This document shows positions 63,384 through 64,000 of a stretch of DNA of 64,000 nt, piece after piece. Under the pieces are notes generated by a model. That model was not told where the DNA came from and ran no database searches. It saw only the letters and a list, made by a program, of their open reading frames with translations. Position 1 is the stretch's first letter. Each line of letters opens with the position of its first letter. The stretch comes from Chthoniobacterales bacterium. Its GTDB lineage: Bacteria > Verrucomicrobiota > Verrucomicrobiia > Chthoniobacterales > JACTMZ01. Position numbers and translations under genes: made by a program. The stretch is taken from assembly GCA_041736875.1 (NCBI GenBank), contig JBGSSV010000111.1, positions 31 to 64,030 on the forward strand. The letters run 5' to 3'.

Positions 63384-64000
63384 ATGTGCGGCATTGTTGG
63401 ATACATCGGCCCGGCGGACGCAGTTCCCATTCTCCTTGATGGCTTGCGCCGCCTCGAATACCGCGGCTACGACTCGGCCGGCGTGGCCTTGGGCAACAAC
63501 GGGGCGCTGGAAGTGCGCAAGTCGGTCGGGCGGATTCAAAATCTGGCCGACCTGCTTGTCCGGGATCCGGCGCGCGGCAACCGCGGGATCAGCCACACGC
63601 GCTGGGCCACCCACGGGGCCGTGACCGGCGAGAACGCCCACCCGCACACCGATCAGAGCGGCAAGATCGTCCTCGTCCACAACGGCGTGATCGAGAACTA
63701 CCAGACCCTGCGCGAGGAGATGCAGCGGGAGGGTCACGTTTTTCTCTCCCAGACCGACACCGAGGTGCTGGCGCACCTCATCGGCAAGCATGCCTCGGGG
63801 ATGGGGGAGCCCTCGGCTGACCTCCTGGTCGAGGCGGTGCGCCGCGCCCTGCGCGAGGTGCAGGGAACCTACGGCATCGCCCTCATGCACCGGGATGTGC
63901 CCGACCTCCTGATCGGGGCGCGTCGCGGCAGCCCGCTCGTGCTCGGGGTCGGGCGGGGGGAGAATTTTCTCGCCAGCGATGTGGCGGCCATTGTCAACCA
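63384..64000 (+). CDS. glmS: glutamine--fructose-6-phosphate aminotransferase, N-terminal part (runs off window)
   Basis: My own translation from ATG 63384: MCGIVGYIGPADAVPILLDGLRRLEYRGYDSAGVAL...HTRWATHG...VHNGVIENY. This is a class-II glutamine amidotransferase with an N-terminal Cys. It is absent from the ORF track because there is no stop inside the window. Confidence 0.9.
   Translation, partial: MCGIVGYIGPADAVPILLDGLRRLEYRGYDSAGVALGNNGALEVRKSVGRIQNLADLLVRDPARGNRGISHTRWATHGAVTGENAHPHTDQSGKIVLVHNGVIENYQTLREEMQREGHVFLSQTDTEVLAHLIGKHASGMGEPSADLLVEAVRRALREVQGTYGIALMHRDVPDLLIGARRGSPLVLGVGRGENFLASDVAAIVN

Overview
This is a visibly GC-rich bacterial chromosomal window. I did not compute composition. 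The unusually long GreA-like protein is reminiscent of PVC-group bacteria such as Verrucomicrobia and Chlamydiae, but taxonomy cannot be verified from here. I support about 57 protein-coding genes. By eye I found no rRNA, tRNA, CRISPR array, transposase or integrase.

The flanks are ordinary housekeeping and transport genes:
- thiL, katG, pgi, and a bioC/esterase pair
- prfB (with its programmed +1 frameshift), ftsB and eno
- a long GreA-like gene
- an OprB porin followed by the sulfate ABC operon cysP-T-W-A
- an RND efflux pair
- pntAA-AB-B, rrf2, argG, blc, a sugar porter, glgC and glmS

The stretch from about 15.5 to 35.6 kb looks accessory. Its core (15.5-31.1 kb) is two back-to-back operons sharing a divergent gap of at most about 60 nt.
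- Leftward: mlaE-mlaF-mlaD, then a DUF4062(TIR-like)-TM-TPR protein, then a 2TM-RCK(TrkA-N)-RyR protein, a 40-aa lipoprotein, and a SLATT-like/alpha-beta-hydrolase fusion.
- Rightward: a DUF4071-SLOG-like-degenerate-cyclase protein, then a 1420-aa cyclase-Ser/Thr kinase-TM-helical-repeat protein ending in three OB-like modules.

I regard this combination of SLOG, SLATT, TIR-like, RyR, cyclase and kinase modules around an Mla transporter as the best candidate for an undescribed envelope-linked nucleotide-signalling or conflict system. All domain calls come from motif reading and need HMM or structure confirmation.

Other notable items:
- a secreted chimeric protein combining YadA-head-like repeats, two collagen blocks and a phage tail-collar domain
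- a 37-bp direct repeat (an SPFH 3' relic) bracketing an aldo/keto reductase gene
- a deletion scar joining a response-regulator remnant to a phosphoesterase remnant
- a YkuD homologue with its catalytic Cys replaced by Ala
- two perfect intergenic inverted repeats
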